A DNA stretch of 64,000 nucleotides from an uncultured Desulfobulbaceae bacterium (GTDB lineage Bacteria > Desulfobacterota > Desulfobulbia > Desulfobulbales > Desulfobulbaceae), in assembly GCA_964626235.1 (NCBI GenBank), contig CAZVDY010000067.1:13539-77538 (forward strand), in the 5' to 3' direction. The notes beneath the pieces are model-generated. The model did not search any database. It saw only the letters and a list, made by a program, of their open reading frames with translations, and was not told the origin of the DNA. The translations under genes and the position numbers were made by a program. This document shows positions 34,568-43,520 of the stretch, in pieces (positions within the stretch are counted from its first letter, which is position 1; the number at the start of each line of letters is the position of its first letter).

Positions 34568-35437
34568 ATGCACTACCAGGGTGCCATCATCAGACCGCCC
34601 AGCGAGGCCGACGCCATCATCCTCCAGGTGACCACAGGCTGTTCCCACAACCGGTGTACCTTCTGCGGCGCCTATCGGGACAGGCGGTTCAGCATCAAAC
34701 CGCAGGCCACTGTCCGCAGGGATCTCGACTTTGCGGCCAGACACTGCAGCCACCTGAAAACCGTGTTTCTGGCCGACGGCAATGTCCTCACCCTGCCCTT
34801 TTCCCGCCTCATGGCCCTGTGCAGCGATATCCGGGACCGGTTGCCCCAGGTGCGGCGCATCTCGCTGTACGGCAATGCCCGAGATGTGCTCCGGTTGTCG
34901 CTGGCCCAGCTCAGGGAACTGAAAGCGGCCGGTCTGGGCAGGGTCTACATGGGCCTGGAAAGCGGCCACGCCGGGGTCTTGGCCAGGATACGAAAGGGGG
35001 CCACGCCCGGGGAGATGATCCGGGCCGGCAACCGGCTGCGCCGGGCGGCCATCTTCCTGTCGGTGACCTGTCTCCTTGGTATCGCCGGCGTGGAGGAGTC
35101 CCCGGCCCATGCCCGGGCGACGGCAGCCGTACTCAACGACATGCACCCGAACCAGATCGCCGTGCTGACCCTCATGCTGCTGGACAACACCGAGCTGGGC
35201 AGGCAGGCGCGGGCAGGAACATTTACCATGCCGGACAGGCACGGGCTGCTCGAGGAACTCCACCATCTCCTCGACGGCCTGGAACTGGACCGGGTCCAGT
35301 TCCAGGCCAACCATGCCTCCAGTTACCTTCCCCTTGCCGGCCGACTGCAGCGTGACAGGGAGAAACTGATGGCCCTGGTCCGGGATGGACAGGCCGGCCG
35401 GATTTCTCTGCGCGCCGAAGCCATGCGGGGACTGTGA
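34568..35437 (+). CDS. radical-SAM-like protein (about 290 aa, function unknown)
   Basis: Cys cluster reads GCSHNRCTFCG, that is Cx4Cx2C as translated, followed by TIM-barrel-like blocks (VFLADGN, YMGLESG). Confidence 0.7.
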   Translation: MHYQGAIIRPPSEADAIILQVTTGCSHNRCTFCGAYRDRRFSIKPQATVRRDLDFAARHCSHLKTVFLADGNVLTLPFSRLMALCSDIRDRLPQVRRISLYGNARDVLRLSLAQLRELKAAGLGRVYMGLESGHAGVLARIRKGATPGEMIRAGNRLRRAAIFLSVTCLLGIAGVEESPAHARATAAVLNDMHPNQIAVLTLMLLDNTELGRQARAGTFTMPDRHGLLEELHHLLDGLELDRVQFQANHASSYLPLAGRLQRDREKLMALVRDGQAGRISLRAEAMRGL

Positions 35438-35443
35438 GCGGTG

Positions 35444-36499
35444 ATGCGGACGGAAGACGACAGGATCGACCTGAAAAATCTCACCCAGGAAGAACTGGTC
35501 ACCTTTGTCGAATCACTGGGGCAGCCGGCCTTCCGCGGCCGCCAGATCTTTCCCTGGCTGTACCGGCCGGGAATCACCGACTTCTCCCAGATGACCGACC
35601 TGGCCAGGTCATTCAGGGAGATCCTGAACACCCGGGCCCGGATCAGCCGTTTTACCGATGCCATGGTCCAGGTCTCCCGGGACGGAACGGTCAAGTTCGG
35701 TTTTCCCCTGGCAGATGGCGCCCTCGTCGAATCGGTGCTCATTCCGGAGGCGGACCGTAATACGCTCTGCGTCTCCTCGCAGGTGGGCTGTGCCATGGGC
35801 TGTGTCTTCTGTCTCACCGGCACCATGGGCTTTCGCCGCAACCTGACCGTTGCCGAAATTGTCAACCAGGTCTGCGCGGTCCGGGACTGGATGCTCGAGC
35901 ATGACCGGGGCAGGCTGACCAACCTGGTTTTCATGGGAATGGGTGAACCGCTGGCCAACCTTGACAGACTTATCCCGGCCATCGACATCCTCATTGAGCA
36001 GCGGGGCCTCAACTTTGCCAGCCGCCGAATCACGGTCTCAACCTGCGGCCTCGTCCCCCAGATGCTCGAGCTCGGCCGGCGCACGGAGGTCAACCTGGCC
36101 GTGTCCCTGCACAGTGCCAGCGATGCGGTACGTTCCTCCCTGATGCCGGTCAACAGGCGGTATCCCCTTGCCGAATTGCTCCAGGCCTGCCGCGACTTTC
36201 CCAGGAAGAAACGGCAGCGGATCATGTTCGAATACACCCTGTTGGCCGGGATCAACGATTCCCTGGCCGACGCCAGGCGACTTGCTGCTATCCTGCGTCC
36301 GATTCCATGCAAGATCAACCTGTTGGCCCTCAACAGAGTTGGCAGCCAGGAGTTGCGCAGTCCAGACCGGGACAGTGTGCTTCGCTTCCAGGCCATTCTC
36401 CGCCAGCAGGGATATTCCGTCTTTATCCGCCAGAGCCGGGGCGAAGATATCGCCGCCGCCTGCGGCCAGCTGGCCGCCGGAACAGAGACCATCTCCTGA
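35444..36499 (+). CDS. rlmN: 23S rRNA/tRNA adenine-C2 methyltransferase
   Basis: FRGRQIFPWLY, CVSSQVGCAMGCVFCLTG (CxxxCxxC), MGMGEPLAN. A GTG at 35441 is an alternative start. Confidence 0.9.
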   Translation: MRTEDDRIDLKNLTQEELVTFVESLGQPAFRGRQIFPWLYRPGITDFSQMTDLARSFREILNTRARISRFTDAMVQVSRDGTVKFGFPLADGALVESVLIPEADRNTLCVSSQVGCAMGCVFCLTGTMGFRRNLTVAEIVNQVCAVRDWMLEHDRGRLTNLVFMGMGEPLANLDRLIPAIDILIEQRGLNFASRRITVSTCGLVPQMLELGRRTEVNLAVSLHSASDAVRSSLMPVNRRYPLAELLQACRDFPRKKRQRIMFEYTLLAGINDSLADARRLAAILRPIPCKINLLALNRVGSQELRSPDRDSVLRFQAILRQQGYSVFIRQSRGEDIAAACGQLAAGTETIS

Positions 36500-36743
36500 A
36501 GAGCACGGGACCCGAACCAGATGGTTCTCCACAGCACGCGCCGGACTGTCTCATCCTGGCGGAAACGTGACCTATCATCCTCGGCCACACGGAATCCTGT
36601 CCAAATTGGCCGGGGAACTAGTGGTATTTTTTCGAAAGGTTGATGATAACCGATCCCAGGGCATGTACCGCAGCAGTACCAAACCGGAATTGTTCACAGG
36701 TGCTGCAATCGCGTGAAGATGTGGTGTCTGTGATCGGTTGCCA

Positions 36744-37748
36744 CTAATGACGGAGGACCATGATACCCAGCGCTTCGAGTCGCTTTCTGCCGGGCCAGGT
36801 GGAGAGGAGCTTGCGGAATTTCTTTTCCAGGTTGTGCTGGGCGACGATCTCCCAGACGCAACTGATCACCGCATTGGCGATCTTGACCCTGGGCGCGTCG
36901 CTGGAAAACCGGACCTTGCCATCCAGATATTCAAACTGGGAGGCAAAGGGATCGAGAAAGGGGTAGACGTCGATTCGTTCGAGAAACCTGCGCTTCAGGT
37001 GGATCACCGGCGCTGAACGGTTCCTCCTGCGGCCAAAGAGACTGGCATAGAGCAGGAGAAACTCCTCCAGGGCTCCGGTAAGTCCGGCGATGCAGCGGGG
37101 ATCCGTGTCCCGGGTCTCCTCCTCGTCGCAGCTCTTGTCCACATCCTGCTTTGCGGACCGCTCCTGGATGAAGTAGCCGACCGAGAAGTAGGCACCCTTG
37201 GCCTGCACCATGGCCAGGAGGCGCTGGTATTCCTTCTCGCTGGCGGTCAGGCCGCCCTTGCCCCAGTAGTAGGAGCCTCCCAGGCGGGAGCCGTTCTTGA
37301 AAAACAGGATGCCGTTTCTGATATCGGTCCGGATACGGACGTCGACGAACCCGGAAAAACGTTTTTTTTCCAGGTGGTGAATGAGATCGGGCAGGGAAAC
37401 GGCATCTGAGCGCTGTTCTTCCTTGGCCCGGACAAAATGGGGCAGCTGACCCCAGAAGAAGATGGCATTGGGATCCAGATAGTAGACCGTAACGATGTAG
37501 GTCCGCTGCAGGAGCGGGGCCAGGGCTGTTTCCAGGTTAGCCGAAAAGACTGCCTTGCGGCCGTTTTCCTGGTAGACGACCCGCAGGATATCCCGTTCAT
37601 CGAAATAGATCAGGATCTCGCTCCCAGAGGACCGGAAGTGGATGCAACCTGAACCGATCTCGCCCTGGAGATGCTCCACGAAACGGCTCACATCCAGGTA
37701 AAAGGAGTTCAGGCGGTGGATATACGGTTTTTCACGGGGAACAAGCAT
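36744..37748 (-). CDS. hypothetical protein with two PATAN/DUF4388-like segments
   Basis: LNSFYLDVSRFVEHLQGEIGSGCIHFRSSGSEILIYFDERDILRVVY and LPDLIHHLEKKRFSGFVDVRIRTDIRNGILFFKNGSRLGGSY both fit the loose DUF4388 pattern. Last gene of the HAMP/PhnD-like operon. Confidence 0.5.
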   Translation of the reverse strand: MLVPREKPYIHRLNSFYLDVSRFVEHLQGEIGSGCIHFRSSGSEILIYFDERDILRVVYQENGRKAVFSANLETALAPLLQRTYIVTVYYLDPNAIFFWGQLPHFVRAKEEQRSDAVSLPDLIHHLEKKRFSGFVDVRIRTDIRNGILFFKNGSRLGGSYYWGKGGLTASEKEYQRLLAMVQAKGAYFSVGYFIQERSAKQDVDKSCDEEETRDTDPRCIAGLTGALEEFLLLYASLFGRRRNRSAPVIHLKRRFLERIDVYPFLDPFASQFEYLDGKVRFSSDAPRVKIANAVISCVWEIVAQHNLEKKFRKLLSTWPGRKRLEALGIMVLRH

Positions 37749-37757
37749 GTCCGGCTG

Positions 37758-38594
37758 TCACTTGGCCAGAACCTGGCGAATCACGTCATAGTCCGAATCC
37801 ACGGCGGGCCGGAATCCGGCAAGCCCCAAGGCTCGCAGTGTTCGGTCATCCAGGTGCAGGATGGCCATCCGCAGCGCCTCCCGATCCTGTTCCGGCATAC
37901 TGCGATCTACGGAAAAGGCCCAGTTGGGCAGCCAGGCGGTCCGGGCCATCACGGTTACCGAGCCGGGGGCGATGTATTTGTCTGCCTTGTGGAGGGCGGA
38001 TTCCCGGATGAACCCGGCATCCACATCGCCGATACTCACGGCGATGATGACGTTTTCCTGGCGGTTGGCGGCAGCCTCTTCCAGGGTGCAGTCCCGGTCC
38101 ACATCGATGTGTTCCGCCTTCAGGGTCAGCTTCTGGGAAAGGTAGCCGCCGGCCGAGGTCTTGGCCACGATCATGATCCGTTTGCCCTTCAGATCGGCCA
38201 GGGAGCGGATCGCCGAGTCCGGACGGGTGATGATGATCCCGCGGAACCTGTTCTTTCCCTTGCCCTTGACCGCGGTGGCCAGGACCCGGTGCCTCTTGGC
38301 CAGGTTGACGTACACCAGCGGGTTCTGGTAGCCGATCTGGATGGCTCCCTTGCCGATCTCGGCCTCGTAGTGGGCAAAGTTTTCCGTCAGCACCGGCGTG
38401 ATCTTCAGGCCGGTGCTCCTGCTGAGATAGTCGGCCAGGGGCGTGATCATGGCCCGCAACCGTTCCGGATAGTAGCGGGGAAGCATGGAAAGACGGTACT
38501 CCTTGGCTGCAGCCGCCCCGCCGGGGAACAGCAGCAGGAGGAGAAGAGGAAAGATGAGTCCATACCTTGTCGGAGAAATCCACTTACTGATCAT
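37758..38594 (-). CDS. PhnD-family periplasmic substrate-binding protein (paralog 2)
   Basis: Signal peptide (LIFPLLLLLLFPGGAAAA), then YRLSMLPRYYPERL..PLADYL..GYQNPLVYV. Paralogous to the upstream gene. Confidence 0.7.
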   Translation of the reverse strand: MISKWISPTRYGLIFPLLLLLLFPGGAAAAKEYRLSMLPRYYPERLRAMITPLADYLSRSTGLKITPVLTENFAHYEAEIGKGAIQIGYQNPLVYVNLAKRHRVLATAVKGKGKNRFRGIIITRPDSAIRSLADLKGKRIMIVAKTSAGGYLSQKLTLKAEHIDVDRDCTLEEAAANRQENVIIAVSIGDVDAGFIRESALHKADKYIAPGSVTVMARTAWLPNWAFSVDRSMPEQDREALRMAILHLDDRTLRALGLAGFRPAVDSDYDVIRQVLAK

Positions 38595-39591
38595 TGCCTG
38601 CTAGTCCTTCCTGGGGTCCGGGCGTGTTCTCCAGCAGACCGGCTGCCCTGCGTACCACATCGCACTCCCGGTCAAAGGCCGGCCGGAAACGCTGCACCTT
38701 CATTGCCTCCAGTATCTTGCTTTCGGCAGTCAGGTCGAACAGCGCCCGAAGTATCTTTTTTCTGTCTGCAAGATTCATGGTCTTCTCCACAGAGAGGACC
38801 CAGTTGGGCAGCCAGGCGGTTTCCGCGACAACCCTCAGCGCGTCCGGAGGGATGAAACGTCCGGTCTGGCCGAGCGCCGACTCGCGAACAAAACCGGCGT
38901 CTGCACCGCCGGTATACACGGAAAGCAAAACATTTTCATGTTTGTTGCCCGGTACTTCCTCCACAATGCAGTCTCGGGTCACATCGATGCCCTCGCCTGC
39001 CAGGGTGAGCTTCTGGGAAAGAAAGCCGCCGCTGCTGATCAGGCTGACCACAGCGATATGCCGACCACGAAGCTGGGCCAGACTGGTGATGGGACTGTCG
39101 GACCGGGTGACGACCACGCCGCGGAAGCGGTCTCCGTGCCGCTCCTCCTTGACGGCCATGGCCACGACCTCGTGGAACCGGTCTGCCAGCACATACACGG
39201 CAGGGTCCTGGAAGCCGATATCGATGGCGCCGGAACTGAGCATCTTCAGGTACTCCCTGAAGTCAGCGGTCAGTACCGGCCTGATGGCAATGCCGGTTGC
39301 CGCCGAGAGATAGCTCGCCAGCGGGGAGATCCGCCGGCTTATCTCCTCGGTGGCATAGCGCGGCAGCATGGAGATGGTGTATTCTCCGGCCCCGAGACAG
39401 TTGCCTGCCCCCTGCAGCATGAAGAAGACGGCCATGGCGGCGCAGGCCACCAGTCTGACCGCCGGGAACAGGTACCCCCTCCTCTCTGCCGCATGGCATG
39501 GTGATCGCCTGTGCAGACCTGCTATCATCGTGCTCCTCCGGTGCAGGTGGCGAGTTTTCCGCCGGCCTGGACATTGACACTGTCCATTCAT
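38584..39591 (-). CDS. PhnD-family periplasmic substrate-binding protein (paralog 1)
   Basis: YTISMLPRYATEEISRRISPLASYL..GFQDPAVYV. Hydrophobic leader AVRLVACAAMAVFFML. The true start may be ATG 39528. Confidence 0.7.
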   Translation of the reverse strand: MNGQCQCPGRRKTRHLHRRSTMIAGLHRRSPCHAAERRGYLFPAVRLVACAAMAVFFMLQGAGNCLGAGEYTISMLPRYATEEISRRISPLASYLSAATGIAIRPVLTADFREYLKMLSSGAIDIGFQDPAVYVLADRFHEVVAMAVKEERHGDRFRGVVVTRSDSPITSLAQLRGRHIAVVSLISSGGFLSQKLTLAGEGIDVTRDCIVEEVPGNKHENVLLSVYTGGADAGFVRESALGQTGRFIPPDALRVVAETAWLPNWVLSVEKTMNLADRKKILRALFDLTAESKILEAMKVQRFRPAFDRECDVVRRAAGLLENTPGPQEGLAGNDQ

Positions 39592-39599
39592 CCCTCTCC

Positions 39600-40715
39600 C
39601 TACCTGGCGGCCCGCAGCCGGCCGATGGCCGCCTTGATGGAATGGCGCATCCTGTCAAAGGCCACGGCCAGCTCCCGCACTTCCCGGGGACCCTCGGGCT
39701 CGATGGCCAGGTCCAGCTCGCCCAGGCTGATCCGGTCGACGATCTCGGTGAGCTTCCGCAGCGGGCTGGTGATGATGCGGCCCAAAAAGAGGAATACCAG
39801 CAGACCGCTGAGCCAGACGATGGCGAGCACACCAAGGGAAAGCGGTGACAGCAGGGTGTCCCGGATGGCCTGGTCCACATCCGAGACATAGATTCCCACG
39901 TGGACCTCACCACCGCTGTCCTTCAGGCCAACGGCCTTGTCGAAGATCTTCTGGCCGCCGATATCCAGGCGGGCATCCTGCTCGGCAATGCCCTTGGCCA
40001 GCCGGTTCTGCTCGATGATCTCGCGGGGAAATCCCTTTTCCTTGACCCGGGAGAGGAAGCGGGGATCGAACCGGTTCAGGTCGCTGAAGAAACCGGCAAC
40101 CACAATGCCCCGTTTGTTGACCACCGCGGCATAGGCCACCCCGGGCAACCGGCTGATCCGTTCCGCCTCCTTGTTGACCTGGAGGTAGTTGCGGATCAGC
40201 AGCGGCTGCTGGACAACGCCGCTGAAGGCCATGGCGACCGCCGAGGTGCGGAGGTTGATCTGCCGGTTGATCAGGTCCGGGATGAACTGCAGATAGAGAA
40301 AGGCTATGGCGCCGGTCACCATCAGAAACCCCAGGAACAGGGTCATGAAGAGGTAGAGCCTGATGGGAACCCCCCTGCCCTTTTTGTTGCGGCCTTGTTG
40401 CGTTTCACTCTCCGGCGTCTCTGCGGAAACGGTGTCGTTGATCCCGGGCTGGTCCAGCTCAGCGGTCGCCTCTTCGTCCTCCGCCTCATCACGGGGCACA
40501 CTCTCCCGGGCGGCCGCTTCGGACCGGTGCGGCTTTTCCTCTTCCGCAGGCCTGCCGGCGGATTCGTCGAGGGCCGGCAACTCGTCCTGCATTCCCGGGT
40601 TCTTGACCACAATGATATGACCGCATTCCTGGCAGGCAAAACGGGCCTGCGGCCCCTTGATGCGGCGTTCGTCGATGTTATATTTTTTTGCGCATTCCTC
40701 GCAAATAACCAGCAT
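39600..40715 (-). CDS. MJ0042-type zinc-ribbon / two-TM periplasmic sensor / HAMP protein with no output domain
   Basis: MLVICEECAKKYN...FACQECGH (two CxxC pairs), an acidic linker, TM1 and a roughly 150-aa extracytoplasmic domain. TM2 follows, then HAMP (PLRKLTEIVDRISLGELDL...LAVAFDRMRHSI) and the stop. AAGGAGG RBS upstream. Confidence 0.75.
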   Translation of the reverse strand: MLVICEECAKKYNIDERRIKGPQARFACQECGHIIVVKNPGMQDELPALDESAGRPAEEEKPHRSEAAARESVPRDEAEDEEATAELDQPGINDTVSAETPESETQQGRNKKGRGVPIRLYLFMTLFLGFLMVTGAIAFLYLQFIPDLINRQINLRTSAVAMAFSGVVQQPLLIRNYLQVNKEAERISRLPGVAYAAVVNKRGIVVAGFFSDLNRFDPRFLSRVKEKGFPREIIEQNRLAKGIAEQDARLDIGGQKIFDKAVGLKDSGGEVHVGIYVSDVDQAIRDTLLSPLSLGVLAIVWLSGLLVFLFLGRIITSPLRKLTEIVDRISLGELDLAIEPEGPREVRELAVAFDRMRHSIKAAIGRLRAAR

Positions 40716-41004
40716 TCACGGACCTCCTTGACCTGTGACAGGGTTTCGAGCCGGTGGAACTCCCGCGTCGGGTCTGCATGATTCCGGTTCGACTCCGGAC
40801 GGCTTGCCCGGACAGTTGCCAGCGCGACCGGAAACGGGTCTCCCGGAGCCAGAAGACAGAAACTGACAGTTCTCATTACAGTTATATCGTCTCGCCGGAT
40901 TGATGGTCAAATAAAATTCTGAAAAAACAGCAACAGTGTACGCTAGATACTGCCAGAAAATCCGCCTTTCCGTTTTGTCTTTTCCTGGAGAACCAAAAAG
41001 GGTG

Positions 41005-41057
41005 TTGACAGCCGCTGCGGACCGATCTATATATCGAGATATGACGATATGTAGATC
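41005..41057 (+). promoter_or_regulatory. sigma70-type promoter with overlapping inverted-repeat operator (putative ArsR-family site)
   Basis: TTGACA (41005-41010), 17-nt spacer, TATATA (41028-41033). The 13-bp arms GATCTATATATCG (41024-41036) and CGATATGTAGATC (41045-41057) form an inverted repeat with one mismatch and an 8-bp spacer. Confidence 0.6.
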
Positions 41058-41125
41058 GCCAATACCTTGAGCGGCCGAAACGACAAGTTTCCGGGATGCC
41101 TTGAACACAACCCCGTCCCAGGACC

Positions 41126-41557
41126 ATGAAACAGCTTATCCGGGTCATGAAGGCCCTGTCCGATCCCAACAGGCTGCGGATCCTCAAACTGCTTGAAGGA
41201 GGGGAGCTCTGTGTCTGCGAAATCCAGAAGGTCCTGGAACTCGCCCAGTCCACCGTCTCCAGGCACATGAAACTGCTGGAAGATGCGGACCTGGTCACCA
41301 GGCGGCGGCAGGGAACCTGGATGCTTTACAGGTTGGCGGCGGCAGGAGAGAATCCCTATGCCAAGACCATGCTGGAACGGCTGGCCGGCTGGCTCGAGGA
41401 CGACGCAACATTGCACCGGATGCGGCAGGCCCTGCCGGAAGCGGCGGTCCTGCGCGGCTGTACACCCGAAAAACAGGAGAAGAGGAAGAACAATGGAACC
41501 CATTCAACCGACAGGATGCGGCTGAACCCGGGACAATACCGACCGGGCGGCCGGTAA
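41126..41557 (+). CDS. ArsR/SmtB-family transcriptional regulator
   Basis: ALSDPNRLRILKLLEGGELCVCEIQKVLELAQSTVSRHMKLLEDADLV (wHTH with an ELCVCE metal/metalloid-site-like motif). The last roughly 30 residues look like run-on sequence and overlap the next gene model. Confidence 0.8.
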   Translation: MKQLIRVMKALSDPNRLRILKLLEGGELCVCEIQKVLELAQSTVSRHMKLLEDADLVTRRRQGTWMLYRLAAAGENPYAKTMLERLAGWLEDDATLHRMRQALPEAAVLRGCTPEKQEKRKNNGTHSTDRMRLNPGQYRPGGR

Positions 41558-42587
41558 AACACCCATCGGGGCGGGAAAGGCCATCATCGTCGGCCTGCCT
41601 GCCCTCCTGCTCTGGCTTGCGGTCTACAGCCGGCTGGAACCTTTTTCCAGGTACCTGACCCATACACTGCTGCGGCTGGAGGAGGGCAGTCACCTGGGAG
41701 AAACGGTACGTTTTTTCCTTTATGACACCCCGAAGGTGATGATGCTCCTGACCCTGATCGTCTTCGTGGTGGGAATAATCCGCTCCTTTTTCTCCCAGGA
41801 ACGGACCAGGCGCTACCTGGTCGGCAGGCGTGAGCTGGCCGGAAACGGTCTGGCCGCCCTGCTCGGCATCGTGACCCCCTTCTGTTCCTGCTCGGCCGTG
41901 CCCCTCTTTCTCGGTTTTGTCCAGGCCGGGGTACCCCTGGGAGTCACCTTCTCCTTTCTCGTCGCCGCCCCCATGGTAAACGAGATCGCCCTGGTTCTCC
42001 TTTACGGTCTCCTGGGGTGGAAGGTGGCGGCGATCTATCTCGTCTCCGGCCTGAGCATTGCCGTGCTCGCCGGCTGGGTGATCGGTCGGCTGAACCTGGA
42101 GCACTGGATCGAGGATTGGGTGCGGGAGATGCGGGCCGGCCAGACCTTGACCTTTGAGAAGAAGCTGACCTGGTCGGACCGCATCGCCATGGGGCGCGAT
42201 GCTGTCCGGGAGATCGTTGGCAAGGTCTGGATCTATGTGATCGCCGGAATCCTGGTCGGTGCAGCCATCCACGGCTTTGTCCCCGAAGAGTTCATGGCCA
42301 GGATCATGGGCCGGAACAACTGGTGGTCCGTGCCGGCCGCGGTGATCACCGGTATTCCCATGTACTCCAATGCGGCCGGCATCGTGCCGGTCATGGAGGC
42401 CCTGCTGGGCAAGGGTGCTGCCCTGGGAACGGTGCTGGCCTTCATGATGAGCGTCATCGCCCTTTCCCTGCCGGAGATGGTCATCCTGCGCAAGGTGCTC
42501 AAACCAAAATTGATCGCCGTCTTCATCGCAGTGGTGGGCAGCGGCATCCTCTTCACCGGCTACCTGTTCAACCTGCTCATTCCCTGA
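41493..42587 (+). CDS. ArsP/DUF318-type permease; model requires read-through of an in-frame TGA at 41523-41525 (selenocysteine candidate)
   Basis: Family motifs VTPFCSCSAVPLFLGF and FFLYDTPKV. The conserved TM1 region (41526-41735) has no ATG/GTG/TTG start. The same frame carries ATG 41493 with a purine-rich RBS, then M-E-P-I-Q-P-T-G-C-G-TGA. The uncontroversial part is 41736-42587. Confidence 0.55.
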
Positions 42588-42606
42588 TCAGGGTGTGCCG
42601 GAGGGC

Positions 42607-43509
42607 TCATATCGTGCGGATATAGGAAAACATGGCCTCCAGGGCATCGCTGTGACGCCGCGGCCCGCCGGTGATAAAGATGCCGTGACCGCCGCCCTGG
42701 TACTGGTACAGCGCATCGACGCGTCCGCCGTGGCTGCGGACATAGCGATCCATGCGGTTCATGCCCCGACAGGTCTGGCCGTTATGGTCCCTGGTGCCGC
42801 AGTAGAGCCAGAATCTGGCGCCCGCATATCCTGTTGGCTCCAGTGCCTGGAGAAGCGGCGAAAGACGCCCCTGGTGATCCGGGAAAACCGTTCCGGAATC
42901 CGCGATAAAGGCCCTGAACAGTCCCCGGCCATCCGGGGCCCGGTCCATGGCGGCCAGCTCGAACACCATGGCAGACCCCTTGGAAAAGCCGTGCAGGACA
43001 ACCGGAACGCCATCCAGGGGATAGCGGGCCGCCACCAGGTCCAGGCTCTTTGCGAGCAGGCTGTAGACTTCCTGGCTGGAGTCGAACCGGAGCCTGTTGT
43101 CTGTCCCGGTTTCCGCATACTGCAGAGCCAGGAAGGCGAAATCGTGGAGCGGAGTGTTCCGGTGCCAGAAGGCGAACATCCGTTCAGCGCAGCCACCCTT
43201 GCCATGGAGACTGACGACCAGCCGCCGGTCCGGCCGCCTTTCCCAGCCTGGCGGGAACCAGGCCAGGAAGAACCGGTTCCTGTCGACAGGGACGATGGCC
43301 CCGCCCGATTCCTCTACCAGGGCGAGCGCCGCTGCCTGTTCCGCACAGCCGTGACCGACCAGGTCCCGGGACGAGATCGCCCCGGGCCAGGCCGCCTGTT
43401 GCCTCTGGGTGCCGCCGGCACAACCCGTCATCACCAGCAATATGAACACCAGCCAGCAGGCCTGGCCGTACCCGGCGCGCTGCCGGGTACGGCATGTGGT
43501 CTGTACCAT
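42607..43509 (-). CDS. alpha/beta-hydrolase lipoprotein (esterase family)
   Basis: Lipobox-like LLVMTGCAGG, nucleophile elbow HGFSKGS, VVSLHGKGG oxyanion region. Confidence 0.7.
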   Translation of the reverse strand: MVQTTCRTRQRAGYGQACWLVFILLVMTGCAGGTQRQQAAWPGAISSRDLVGHGCAEQAAALALVEESGGAIVPVDRNRFFLAWFPPGWERRPDRRLVVSLHGKGGCAERMFAFWHRNTPLHDFAFLALQYAETGTDNRLRFDSSQEVYSLLAKSLDLVAARYPLDGVPVVLHGFSKGSAMVFELAAMDRAPDGRGLFRAFIADSGTVFPDHQGRLSPLLQALEPTGYAGARFWLYCGTRDHNGQTCRGMNRMDRYVRSHGGRVDALYQYQGGGHGIFITGGPRRHSDALEAMFSYIRTI

Positions 43510-43520
43510 AACCTGTCCCC

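Noticed and set aside
40747-40806. tRNA-like T-arm (TCCGG-TTCGACT-CCGGA, 40783-40799) with a possible 7-bp acceptor pairing (40747-40753 with 40800-40806).
   Set aside because: Only about 60 nt lie between the acceptor halves. No D-arm or anticodon arm can be folded, there is no CCA, and no integrase is nearby to suggest an att remnant. Most likely fortuitous.
40803-40822. Sigma54-like TGGCAA...GGCA on the minus strand upstream of the zinc-ribbon/HAMP operon.
   Set aside because: The GG-to-GC spacing is off by one and the -12 element does not match TTGC.
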